Shown one piece after another: positions 29,142-42,612 of a stretch of DNA of 64,000 bases. Origin of the DNA: the human T2T-CHM13v2.0 reference genome, Homo sapiens. The position numbers were made by a program, and so were the translations under genes. The stretch lies in NCBI RefSeq assembly GCF_009914755.1, contig NC_060928.1; one strand, 5' to 3'. Under the pieces are notes generated by a model that saw nothing but the letters and a program-made list of their open reading frames with translations, had not been told where the DNA came from and did not search any database. Each line of letters begins with the position of its first letter. Within the stretch, counting starts at the first letter, position 1.

Positions 29142-29156
29142 CCAGCAGATGGCAGT
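29142..29156 (+). promoter_or_regulatory. Candidate CTCF core motif
   Basis: CCAGCAGATGGCAGT fits the CTCF consensus CCASYAGRKGGCRS in otherwise AT-rich, apparently non-repeat DNA; motif match only. Confidence 0.45.
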
Positions 29157-30734
29157 ATGCATGCTTCAGAGGGGCAAAGGACAAGCTGCTTCATACACCT
29201 GAATGTGCTTACATACCAGTCAGTATGTCAATGTTTTCCTATATTTACACATAAATGAAACAATCTCCTTGAAATTAAATAAGAATTGTAAAATATTATA
29301 ACCTGAGAAAAATGCTACGTTTTAAATGCTTACTCATTTGACTCTTAAAAGCAAAGAAAAATATTGAAAAAAATCATTATTTAGACTTTTTAAAATGTCA
29401 TCTGATTACAAAATTACATAGGCATAAGGAAATTCTCATGATCTGGCTGTTTTTAACACTCAAATAATATAGAGAAAGAACTAAAAGGATATCATACTAA
29501 ATTAACAATTTGAATCTGTCAAGATGGGCTAAATTCTTATTAGGAAATTCTTAATAATTCTAAATAATTCTTATTTATTAAGAAAGTAATTTTACAACTT
29601 TTAGTGAAAAGGAAAGTAATTTTTCTGAAGTAAAAGCAAAATCAACAAAAAAGAACAGCTAATAATACAGAGAGCTTATCAGCTTCCAGACACTGCATTA
29701 AACACTTTACCTATATTGATTCAACTAATCCTTGAAATAACTTTAGAGATATTAACTCCATTTTACAAGTGCAAAAGCTCAACATATATTAGAGAGCTCA
29801 GAATCCTATAGAGGACAGATGTTCTCATTGCCCAGAGAAGTTAAGTAACTTGCCCAAGTACAATTAGTACACGAGCAAGGGATGAAAATTAGCAGTCTGA
29901 CTTCAGGGTCATAGCTATACCCATTTTGCTGTAGTTCCACAGATCTGCAGGCCACAATGCTGTCGTTATACATAGGATGTGGTTTTAAAATCATCAATAG
30001 TGATTCTCAACCTTTGAGTTTAAGAATATAGTGTGGAAACATATTGAGAAAGAAAATGTAAAATTTGCAGCTTCTTTTCATAATCTTCTTTAGGTAAATT
30101 TTAAGAAAATGAGGAGCGAGGCTCTAAACTGAATATAAATAAGGATTTATTGATGATCAGTATAACAGTATTCCAGAAAATATTGAGAAGAAATAAAGAG
30201 GAGCTAGAGAAGAAAAATTAAATAAGAAAAGAAATAAAGGGTGAAATGTATAACCAGTGTTTGGGGTTGCAAGAAAAGCAGTAAGCATAAACATTCTAAG
30301 TGACGTATTTGACACTGCATAATGCAAACCAAAGTACATCTACAAAAAAACACTGAGTATCTTTTCACCATGTGAGCCAACCTATTGGACCATGGGTAGA
30401 TTTTCTGTGAGGTGTTCAGGGTTGAGCCTAGAGTCTTTATTAAATTACCTGAAAGAAGGGGTAAACAGAACATTAATTCAATTTTCAGATGACCTGATGT
30501 TGGAAGAGTTTGTCAATGATGTGAGGGAGGAAAAGGTAAAATCAAATCAAGTATTCCTTTCCTTGAAATGAAAATTCCTTCCAGGTTTGTTCCCGGACAG
30601 GACAAATTCTCCCAGGACATTTCGCTGGCAGGACAATCTGACCTGCTTTGTCTGACTAGCTGATGAACAGCTTTGTCTGGCTTCAACAAAGCAACACTCA
30701 TTTTTTGTTCAGATGGGTGGATCAGGTCTTGAGA

Positions 30735-30960
30735 GGCTGGATAGCTTAGCAGTGGAGAGCATGAGCTCTGCGTCAGACTGCCTGGATTCAATCTTAGCTG
30801 TGTGATGCTGGGCATGTTATTTGTCTCTGTGCCTCAGTTTCCTCACCTGTAAACTGGGATAATTACAGTATTATCCTCATAGGATTGTTGAAAGGAATAA
30901 ATGAGTTCATATAGGTACAGTACTTGATGCTTGGCCCTTGCAAATATAAAAAAAATTAGC
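30735..30960 (+). mobile_element. MIR
   Basis: gtcagactgcctggattcaatcttagctgtgtg...ctctgtgcctcagtttcctcacctgtaaactgggataat. Confidence 0.85.
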
Positions 30961-31309
30961 AGTAATTATTGCTATTATTCATATAGAAGCAAATAAACAC
31001 CACATATATACAAAATTTTTTTAAAGAGACTTTTGTATAACTGAAAGTAAACAAGTATCAACAAGATAGCCTGAGTGATTCTGGCTAGATATAAAAGAAT
31101 ACTGAAATGGACTGAGAAAAGTATTACTCTGTCCACAACTATCTCTTACGTAGGTAAAAGTTCCAAACTCATACCTGCTTGTATTCTCAGCCCCATACTC
31201 AGTATTCCTTTTCCTCAGAAAACAGAGGTGTCTCCCAATCTGCCAACTCTTCCCTCATCTCCATTCTCATATTAATAATAACTACTGTTTATTGATATAC
31301 TCTTATCAA

Positions 31310-31665
31310 CTATTTATTGAACAGTGGCTATGTGCCCAAATGTTCTGGGGGTGGAGAATGGAATAGTCAATACCTTTGAGTCTCTGTTCTTATGAAGCAT
31401 AGACTCTATTGGGCAAAACAGCCTATAAGCATGAAAAAAAATGAATGCAAAAAGACATGCGGGCAATGTCATTTGAAATGGGAATAGGTGTAATAAAGAA
31501 AACAAATATATGAGTGACAAGATAGAGGAGGACAAGAGGAGTTAAGGATTGGGTACTATTTGAGATTGGGTAGTTAGGAAAGGGAGAACCATGGACAGGA
31601 AGGAATAATTGTGTGACTGTTTAGGGAAAAAGCAATCTAGGCAAAGGGAAGAGCAAGTGCGAAAG
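31310..31665 (-). mobile_element. L2 3'-end fragment
   Basis: tatttattgaacagtggctatgtgcc...ctaggcaaagggaagagcaagtgcgaaag is typical of reverse-complement L2. Confidence 0.6.
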
Positions 31666-32125
31666 CTCAACATATATTAGAGAACTCAGAATCCTATAGA
31701 GAACAGACATTGTCATTGCTACTTTATAAAGAGACTGAGACCAAGAGAGGACACACAGTGTTTTCCTCAAATGATTAGCAAAGCTATCAAGTCTATATGA
31801 TATCAGTGCTTGTTCTCTTTTCGCAAATACCTTGCTCTATGTTGTGTTTTGTTGTTGTTGCTGTTGTTGCTGTTTTGTCATGATGGAAGCCCTGAGTCTC
31901 TAGACAGTCACTCCAAAAATCCCCTCCATGCTGCTGGTTTAATCGCTTCCTTCCTAGGAATTACTTTTCTTCTCTTAGTAACATTCTCAACTTTCTTTCA
32001 TGAAAAAAAAAAAAACGATCTACGATGTTCTGTGGGATCTGGTACTGTTTACCATTATATTCTTCAATGTCACTATTCTGTTTCTTTAGCAAGATTAGCT
32101 CTACAGCTCTACTTTCTCTGCCTAA

Positions 32126-32720
<595 letters not shown>

Positions 32721-35377
32721 TAAATATTTTATCCCAGTTACAGACTAAATCATCCTTGATTCCTTCTTCTTCAAGTATTAGAGTCATTCTACTACCAAGT
32801 ACCGCAGACATCTGTCAAACCTGTCCACCTCCACACCAAGCAGCTTAGTAAACCAACCAGCTCATGCAGACTGTTGCAATAACTTGTGAAAACTTTTGCA
32901 AATATTTTGTATTTAGGTGATTTGGGCACATTTGAGTAGCTCTCCAGAAAGGAAGATTGTAAGGGTTGATGGTTGTTTTCAATAAACATGAGTCTTTCCT
33001 TTTATGTGAATTATGTCTTACTTCATTTAAGTATCAAAGGAGCTTTGGAAAGCCCAAGAATAGGCAGTCAGCTGTGAGGTCCTACAAACTCTTGTGTCCT
33101 TTGTAACAATGGACACATAGCAAAAGCCCAGGTAGAACTGTTTACCTTTCCTCAAGATTGAGAAAGATGGTTCGCACAGGAATCTATAAACTTTTTCTGT
33201 GTTTTACAACCTGGGAAAATACAAAGGCTGTAACAAAGTAAGGAAGGATAAGGTCAGTCTGATATCTGTAACTTAAGAAAGAAGAAAGTGTGAATTTCAC
33301 GAAGGGAATTTGGGGCTGCAAAAGCAAAGGGGGAAAGGAAGAGGCAACTGAGACGCTTCAGTAAAAATCGAAGGGACCTCTTAGTCAGCAATACTGTGTG
33401 GATGTTGTGTTACGTTAAGGTAACATGTGATGTGGGGACTCGCTTCTAGAGTGATAGGTCAGGATATTCCTGGGAAGGTGAGTATGTTTTTATAAAAGGT
33501 GGCTGAATCGACTTGTGCTTGATGCAATCTGTCTCTGTGATCTGGTATGTTCAATCCACATTGGGGAAATTAAGATAGCTTGTTGAGGTAGGGAAGTATA
33601 GTGTACACAACAAGGAGTTTGGACCCAGACAGACACTATGAACTTAGAAACTATGTGTTCGTGTTCATAGCATAGTGTGTAACAGAGTCTCTCTCCTCCA
33701 AATAATTCTAATAATGCATCTCTTTCTAAAACACGGACTGATCAAGTCACTAATCTTAAAAACCCTTTATGACTCTTGTTTGACAAGATGAAATTCAAAC
33801 TACTTAGTATGGCACTTATTATTTTCTAAAGTTAGCCCCAGCTTCTCTTTCCAGTCTCCTCATCTGCCATCTCCCCTAAATACCTTTCAATTTTACCATG
33901 CAGACCAATCTAGAGTGTCTCCAAAGACTCCATAAATTAATACTTCTAGTATCTTGTTACAAGCTGTTCCCCATCTTCCAAGACCTATCTCCCCTTTTTC
34001 TAGCAGGAAAATGCCAGTTGAGTTGAAAAAGTCCAACTCAAATGACATGTCGTCTTAGGAAGATTTCACTGGCCACTGGCATTATTTGCCAAACCATATC
34101 CTCTCTTTTTCAATTCATGTTTACATAGTACTTTGCAACTGAATCCCTTGAAGATTAATATATTTTATAGATCTCTATCACATTTTATTATTATCATTTG
34201 TTGATTGGTTTATTTTACCTGCTACAATTAGCTCCTTGTAGAAAGGTGCTATGTTTTATTAATTTTTGTCTCCCAAGAATCTAACAGGACTTTGCCTATG
34301 GTAGGTTATGTATGCTAGGTGAATAAATGCCTAGAGGATTGATGTGAATTCAAATGTAAGAAACGGATTATAGATAATGACTCAAAACAGAAAACTGCTA
34401 CATGATATGCTAAGGTTGCATGAATATGTATACTTTCCAGATAAATCTGCATTGCACTCACATTCAATGTTTTCAAAAAAGTTAAAAAATCAAAAGCAGT
34501 GTATTGATATAACCATCGTTAAGTAACCAGTAACCACATATATTTGCTGCTAACTCTTGAATAAGTCCATTAATACTTTTTAAGGACCAGGGTACGGCTG
34601 TGGAGTTTATATTTTCTTTACAAATATTGGTTAGGGAAGCCTGCCCTGTTCAGATAACACATTTATGCTCGTTCACTGTCCATCATAAGTAGCTAATTTC
34701 AATATACAAAGAAACTGATGAATTCACTCAATAATTTATAATTTCGTAGAAGTCCAAGACTGTTTCTTTGTACTGGGAGGCATTCTTTTAAATGAACTGC
34801 TTTCTTATCATTTAATAAATCCTGAGATTAAGGCATAAATTCTATTTACAGGGCCCTAAAAATGTTAAGGCACATTAGACCCAGAAGACCATTTCATAGA
34901 TCTTAGCAAATAAAAAAAGATACCTTTGACCTGTCACAGACAGCAGAGTGTTGCTGATGGAAAATATTTGGTACATTGAACGAAAACAACCTACCATCTT
35001 AACCATAAAAATCTGCCTCATCAGCCTGTTAGAATCTTAAACTAGATTGCTAACTAGTTTGATTCAATCAGGTAACTAACTGAATTCTCATTTCAATGAC
35101 TTGAATCGTACAAACAAGACACAGAAACAGATAAAGGAAAGACATCAGAGTTTTATCTAGCAAGAGATATATAAAATGCCTCAACTTTGTAATGAGAGGC
35201 AGTGAAGTTTGGGGAGGAAGAGCTTAAGGCTCAGAAGGCAGATATAGATCTGGGCTCAGGTCCTGACTCTGCCATACTAACTGTCTGACCCTGGGAACAT
35301 CACCTAACTTCTTTCAGCTTCAATCTCTTCATTTGTAAACTGGGACTAAGGCTGAATGCATCTTAGAGTTGGAAAGT

Positions 35378-37527
35378 ATTAAATAATGTACATAAAGTAT
35401 TTATCAGAGATTCAGGCGCAAAGAGCTAAAATGTTAGTAGTGTAAGCCTTCACTATTAACATTAAATCTTCATTTTGAATCTAGACCCAAAACTAGATGA
35501 TTTCAAATACCTTCAAAGATTTCATCAACAACCTTAATTCTCCATAATCTGTTTTTTTATTGACCAACTCATCTACATAAATGGTACCATTAACAAACAG
35601 AATGTTCAAGCTAAAAAAACGTATAAATTATGGTAGATTCATCTCTTTCCCTCAGCCCATGGATTCAATAGCAAATCCTACTGATTTTACCATAAACTAT
35701 CTATTATTACTGCAATCCTCATTGTCTAATAAAGCATCCTCTCTTGCCTAGACATTTATACCCACTTTCCAGTAGGGTCTGTCTTCATTGTCCCTAGGCC
35801 TCTTCAATTTTTCTTTACAAGGCCGAGAGAAGCAGGAACCGACCCTCAGTGGCTTTTATTTTGTACTTAATACTGCATTTAAGCTCCTCCTATGACCTGA
35901 AAGATGCTTGCCTTCTTCTCCTAGCTCTGCCTGACTCCTTACACACTAAATTTGAGCCACAATGACCTTTTAGTTACTAAAACGCATGCCCTTATTAAAT
36001 GGCTGGATCTTTTACTTTAAGTCTCAATTTAATAATCAATTCCTGAAAGAAGGTTTTCTTTTTTGTTGTTTTGTTGTTGTTGTTTGTTTGTTTGCTTGCT
36101 TTTTTTTTTTTTTTTTTTTTTTGAGACGGAGTCTTGCTCTGTTGCCTAGGCTGGAGTGCAGTGGCGCGATCTAGGCTCACTGCAAGCTCTGCCTCCAGGG
36201 TTTACTTACACCATTGTCCTGCCTCAGCCTCCTGAGTAGCTGGGACTACAGGCACCTGCCACCACGCCTGGCTAAATTTTTGTATTTTTAGTAGAGACGG
36301 GGTTTCACCGTGTTAGCCAGGATGGTCTCAATTTCATGACCTCGTGATCTGCCCGCCTAGGCCTCCCAAAGTGCTGGGATTACAGGAGAAAGAAGGTTTT
36401 CTTAATCATCATGTCTATGTATAACCTCTATCACCCATTTGCTCTGTTATTCTCTTTCCCAGAAAACTGTCAGTTCCTTGCATAGTTCTTATGTAACCTA
36501 TGATGTAATTATTTGATTTCTCCACCAGTCTGTAATCTCGCTGAGGTCAGGAAATAAGCTTATTTTATGTTAACCACCATATACCTGGCATATAGCATTA
36601 AAATACTTATTAAAAGACTGAATCGATCAAATTTTTATTGCATGTCTACCACACGGCAGACATTTTTGGATATAATTATGAGGCTTAATAATATACAGTA
36701 ACTGCACTCAAGGAACAATCAACCTATTAGAGGACTGCTCCTGTTGAGGTTTGGGTTGATAATTATGGACCAGGTCAGGAAATTAAAAATTTTAAAACTC
36801 TACTCTCTTGAAGCTTGGTGGAGGATTCAGGCCAGCTCCAAGAGGGTCAACAATTTTTATCATGCTTATTGGAATATTGCCAATACCTAAAATAGGCCTT
36901 GCACATGGCAGACGATGGGTCAGTATTTATAGTATGAGACATGCCCCAGAGCTGAGAACCACTTTCCCAGTAAATCAACCATGTTACAAGTTAGTAAAAC
37001 TATAAACATTTCTTGATATAACAAGATATGATATGGAATCCTAAGAAAGGCTTAACATATATGACAAATCTCTTATTTGAAACATTAAAACCTTGGATAT
37101 GTTCATATCCATGTGTTTCTTCTTCATATAGGAAGCTTGGTGAAATGTCAAGATCTACAAAATAGAAAGAGGTTAAAAAAAGCAGATGAAAGACATCTGA
37201 TTATTCTCCCCATTGCTTCACAAAGGAGTGGGGATGAGTAGAGGGTATCCTTCCTTTCTTAGGAAGTTATATCGAAATCATCTAGGGTCTGCTCAAACTT
37301 GTTCACTTGACCCTTAAGCCCCAGAGAAAAGTGTTAACTTAGTTAACCAAAAATAGATTATGGAGAATTAAGGTTAGTGATGAAATCTTTGAAGGTATTT
37401 GAAATCATCTGGTTTTGAGTCTAGATTCAAAATAAAGACTTAATGTTAACAGTGAAGGCTTATACTACTAATATTTTAGCTCTTTGTGCCTGAATCTCTG
37501 ATAAGTACTTTACATAAATTATTTAAT
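35378..37527. repeat. 179-bp inverted repeat pair (35378-35556 and 37349-37527)
   Basis: Ungapped manual alignment of arm 1 to the reverse complement of arm 2 gives 164/179 identical. Confidence 0.93.
36061..36387 (-). mobile_element. AluY, 5'-truncated, perfect 16-bp TSD, composite T/TTG/TTTG tail
   Basis: AluY diagnostics cactgcaagctc, accgtgttagccaggatggtct and gacctcgtgatc; TSD gaaagaaggttttctt at 36045-36060 and 36388-36403. Confidence 0.96.
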
Positions 37528-38961
37528 TTATGCATCCAAACACCCAGATTTGCATGGCAACACCTACAGAATTTTACCGCATTCATACGCACAGTCATTA
37601 CTATCGTTAGGAAATACGGCCCTGAAATAGATTAAATATATTTGTATCCAAAAGGTGGACAACTTGCATGGCTAATTTAAAACAACAGATAAACCAAAGG
37701 GATTTAATATTACTAGTGACATATAACAGTAAATACTGTGTGTTAAGTGTTCTCATTACACTTAAATTATGATTGAGTTAAAATTAAAAACAACTTAAAC
37801 GTTCTAAGCCAGTTTCTCCTCCCAGTAACACTGTCTTTTTTTAATGATTAGCTTTACCACCTTATCATTACTTGAGACTGTTTTATGAACTGTAAATAAT
37901 TTTTTAAAATTTACCTAAATTTCATTAACATTTTCAAAGTCTCTGTTTCCTTTGGAAAAATTGTAATAATTTCCATCTTGCAATATAGTTGGAAAGAATA
38001 TATGATACCCAATAATAATTGTTAATTTATTTCTTAAACACTGCTCCCATTATATCATTGCATTTGGCATCTATTTCCTCTTGTTTTGAGTCCAAAATTT
38101 CTGACTTCCTCCCAAGATTGTTCGTGATCTACCTCTACATTATTTATATTCATTTGTTCTTCTTTCATTAAATATACATTTAACACTTAATATACGAGCT
38201 CTTTTCAATAAAGGAAAGCATGACATAAGAAATATAAGCTTCTCTTTAAAAGGGAATCCCATTTAAATTAAGGCGATACTCTGAAGCAAATTACTTGGAC
38301 CTAAAGGTATTCCCTTAATTCAGAAACTATCATCTCAGTTCTGATATGGAAATGAAATTGACAACCAGGTAAATGGAAGAGCACATCTGCTGAGCAGTCA
38401 ACCAAGGCAAAGTTGACCAACAATTTTAAAGGACAGCATGATCTTCTCTCTACCATAGGGACACCTTTCACCCTAATCAATGCAAAAAGATAGAATTTTT
38501 TGCTGTTAGCTTTCTTCTACAGTTTCTCTCCAGGACCCTATCTGACATTTCATCTAAGTCTCTGTGTCTATGTAGGCCTCAAGCCTGGTGAGCCATAATT
38601 TTAGATGACCATGAGAAATCATAAAGCATGGCCAGCAAAGGAGATAGTTATTTGAACATCGTTAGAGAAAAACTGAATGTTCCTGGTCTTGAATTTCCAT
38701 GAGGTAGCTTCATTACAGTATCGTTGGTTTCTCTTTCTGCTTCTCATTCTCATTTGATGATGAATTGGAGGAAAAGGAAAGAGCCTGCTCAGGTCAGTAT
38801 TTTGGGTCTAACAGGCTACAACAGGGCAGAGGGTATGGAGGAGAAGGAAGACTTCAGTCTTCTGTCTGTCTTGCCTAAAGTTGTCTGCCTGACTCCAGGG
38901 GGAAAACCTGAAATTATCCAGTTGGAGAGTGATGAGGGTTGGGAATAAGACTAATTTAGAA

Positions 38962-39209
38962 CAAGGTTTCTAAATCTCAGCATCGTTGACATTTTGGGCC
39001 AGATAATTAAAAATTCTATGCTGTGTAGGGCTGTCTGTTGCGCTGTAGGATGCTGAGCAGCATCCCAGGCCTCTGTCGCTATTAGCAGTAGCATCCCCCT
39101 CCACCCCCGCCCCACCCACCAGTGTTAACAATAAAAAAAGTCTACAGACATTGCCATATGTCCCTGGGAACTGACGTGGACACAAATTATCCTCAGTTGA
39201 GAACCACTG
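38962..39209 (-). mobile_element. MER20 (hAT-Charlie), full length
   Basis: Ends caaggtttct... and ...gttgagaaccactg; perfect 8-bp TSD atttagaa at 38954-38961 and 39210-39217. Confidence 0.9.
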
Positions 39210-41748
39210 ATTTAGAATAATGAAAACCTTGTGACTATACACTTAAGTATATGCAATTGTATGTGCAATTCAGGTCTCATCAATAATAAAACTATTTCAT
39301 TCTTCATCTGTGTGATTTCCATGTCTATCTTTCAGTTGGTCATGAAGTTGGGGAGGGAAGGGGAGGAGTGTTATTCTTACCTCTCCAAATCTCTTACCTG
39401 TATTAATTACTTAAAATGCAACTAATATATTAAGTATTAAAAAATTATTTTCTCTCCCATAGCTCCATTCTCTGATACTCTATTTACTTTAGAATAATTT
39501 GTATTTGAGACAGAGTCATAGTCTATTATCTAATTTTTTTAATGGACTTAAGAACAAAAGTCCTCTTGACTGTTTTTAAAACATAAAATGCATCACTTTG
39601 TTATTCCTTTGACACTCTCAAAATCATACTTACTACTTACTGTCTGGTGAATATACTGTATCCATTCCTACATAGAAGTCCTTTACATTTTCACATGTCC
39701 TTCAAAAAACACAAACAAGGCAAACAAAAAAACAACAGGAAATCTCTAAAAGCAGTTTAACTCCTAACTTCTTGATGAATTACATAACTAATAAACTTGT
39801 TGAATCTTTCAATTTTGTAATGATGAAAACTAAGTCCTAGAAAGGGACATGATTTGTCTAAGGTCACAAAGCCAACTAGTAGTATGACTAAAACTAAAGC
39901 CTTACCCTCCTAAGTCCCAATTTAATACTTTTATCACTTCATGATTGGATAACTATGGTCACATCTCCATTTTCTAAAGTGTTATAGCATTTATGATATA
40001 CTGCCTATAATATGGCTTAATAATAGCATGACTTTTATTGTTTACGTTTTTTCCTTCTAATTTTCCCATGTATTTATTTTTTCTCCTCTAATAGTTATAA
40101 GTTCTACGAGGACAAGACCATATCAAAATCTCTATTGCATTACTCCAAAAGCCTTCTTATTAGGCACATTTGCAAGCCAAATAAGTCTGTACTGATTGTC
40201 TTCCAGATAGTAGAAAAAAAGTAGCCCAGGGACATAATGAATGACGTAAGAATAACATCTCCATAGGAAGTTTGAAATTTTAGATAACTTATGAAGTAAA
40301 ATTTGGCATAGAGAAACTAAAATATGATTGTCTATTTGTGCATCTGTATATGGCACTGTAAATAATGGATGACTTGTATTTACACACTTCATCCTCTCAA
40401 CATCCCTATTATTTTTCTCAATATGCCGATAAAGAGACAGAAGCAGGACAGAGAGTCCAAGAAGCATGCCAAAGTTACATAACTAGCAAAAAGTTAATAG
40501 TCAAAAGGTTAATATGAAAAGTTCATAGTCAAGAGTTGAAAACATTCATATGATTCACAAATGATGATCCTCTGAACACATCTATTGCCAAGGCTAGTAA
40601 TTTGTTTTCTGTGTGTTGTTTGGTCTTCATAACAGAAATTAGTGCCAAGAACAAATAAAAATGTGTTTGAATTTCTGTACTCATTTTCCATTTCACAGAG
40701 ATATGGTATAAGTGTAATTTTATAAATTGCTATCTCAATAGACCAAAATATAATTAACAGATATTAGCATAAACAAAATCATGTTTCATGAAACTAAGAA
40801 TTTTTCTCCTTCACTATCATTGCTTGAAATCTAATCTTAAGCATGGGGGAAAGAGGTAAACTATAGATATCCAAGAAATTATATTAAATATCAAAAGTTG
40901 TGAGGGGGGAGGGTGGGTTGAGAGATAGGGAAATAAAACAGCATAGGCTTAGGTAATAAATTTGCAAGATCAATATAATATATATTTCATATTGGCATGA
41001 GGTAACATATATAGAGTACATCAAAATCTCAATTATCTTTTAGAAGTAGGTGGTTTACGTATTATTATTTCTCCTCAGTTGTTCTCTGCCAATTTAAAAA
41101 GAAAGAACACAAGTTTCAGGATATTGACAAAATTTCTTCTGAATCTGATTAAGGTTCATAAAAGAGAAATAAAGATAAATTTAAAGAGACCATTAGTGGT
41201 TGCTGTGCAGCACCGTGCCAATAGTTGTATGCTTTGTATTAATAAATATATTACCTTCAGTCTTATAATGTTGAAAAAAATCACATTTGTTCAAAAGCTG
41301 TAATAACAAGAATCCACAGAGTTACCAGGCATAAATCATTCTATATCATCCTGTGAAGCAGAGTGATTCTAGAAAGAACTATTTCATCCTTCATAGGCAA
41401 CATGAAAGCAGATGGACAAAGTCCTGCGAGTTTTGATTATCCCCAGAACAAAATAAAAATTACAATTCATGTTTTAATTCCATCTCATTATGGCTTTTTA
41501 AATTTATGATTCCCCCTTGACAACAACGGAAAACTACTTGATCAACCAAAAGAAACTTTCGCTTCATGCTTCCTTTATTTTAGCATTCCTGTACTTTAAA
41601 TATGTAGATCAATAATTTAAATTTAATGCCATCATGCACATATTTTGGCACAGTCATGGAAGTTCTCACACAGATTGCCAAAGGGTACCAACAAATAAGA
41701 GAAGTGAATTAAAAGATCAAAAAGCTTTAAAAAGGAGTCACTACTCAC

Positions 41749-41948
41749 AATGTTCATTAGGGTCAGGAGGTAGTTTTGGACGTGCTCTTTGCCATGGAAA
41801 CGGACCACAGAGTCATCCACTCCCAGCAGTACCTCGATATTGTAATCGTTTTCTCCCGCGTGTCTGCGGCGTCTCATTGTTTCATTCAGCTGCTGGTGGA
41901 TGTTGCCATAAACAGTACCTAGATCATCAAGGCCTTCCAGGTCCGACT
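41749..41948 (-). CDS. ADAMTS3: ADAMTS3 exon 5 (200 nt): end of prodomain, furin site RRRR|H, start of catalytic domain
   Basis: (E)SDLEGLDDLGTVYGNIHQQLNETMRRRRHAGENDYNIEVLLGVDDSVVRFHGKEHVQNYLLTLMNI inside ORF 41632..42006(-); acceptor tctcttattAG; donor GTGAGT; phase 1 in, 0 out. Confidence 0.97.
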
Positions 41949-42571
41949 CTAATAAGAGACAAAAGGAACCAGGAATTTCAGTTTCCCTAACAGGCCTTCC
42001 AATCACTTCTTAGAAAAAAAGAATCTTCTCAGGGGCCTATCAGTATCATTCATAATCACTGAGATGTTGCTTTTCAGTTTATTCCTTAAATAATACGCAT
42101 ATGCATACGATCAGACAGACCTGCTACAAATTGAACATAGAAGAGCAACACTGAAGGTAAAATCATATTATTATACAGGGAGCGGTGCCATCATGGCAGA
42201 AGGACTATTCTGTAAGGATAGAAGTGGTTCAGTTTTTCTCCCAGCAAAGAGTCAAGGCAGTGGGGGTACAGAATACAGGCTGGCTATGTAGTTATTAAAT
42301 AAATTGAGATTACAAATAAAAATAACTCCAGTATGTTTACAATGATTAAGTTCCTGTAGCCATGGAGTATAGAATTTGTGTCACATAAATTTAAATTGCT
42401 CCTCTTTCCAGTAACCTTAATTTAAAAATTAAATTATAGCAGGGCAACACAACAGCATCTAGTGATATGATTATCAGTCACTATGTATTGCTTTATTTCT
42501 TCTGAGTAAAGTTTTCTAGTGAATGCTGCCAGCGAAGAAGTGGATATACAGGGTATATACTATATACATAA

Positions 42572-42607
<36 letters not shown>

Positions 42608-42612
42608 GTGTG
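42572..42612 (+). repeat. (GT)n/(GTAT)n microsatellite within a TA-rich stretch
   Basis: Read directly from the sequence. Confidence 0.9.
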
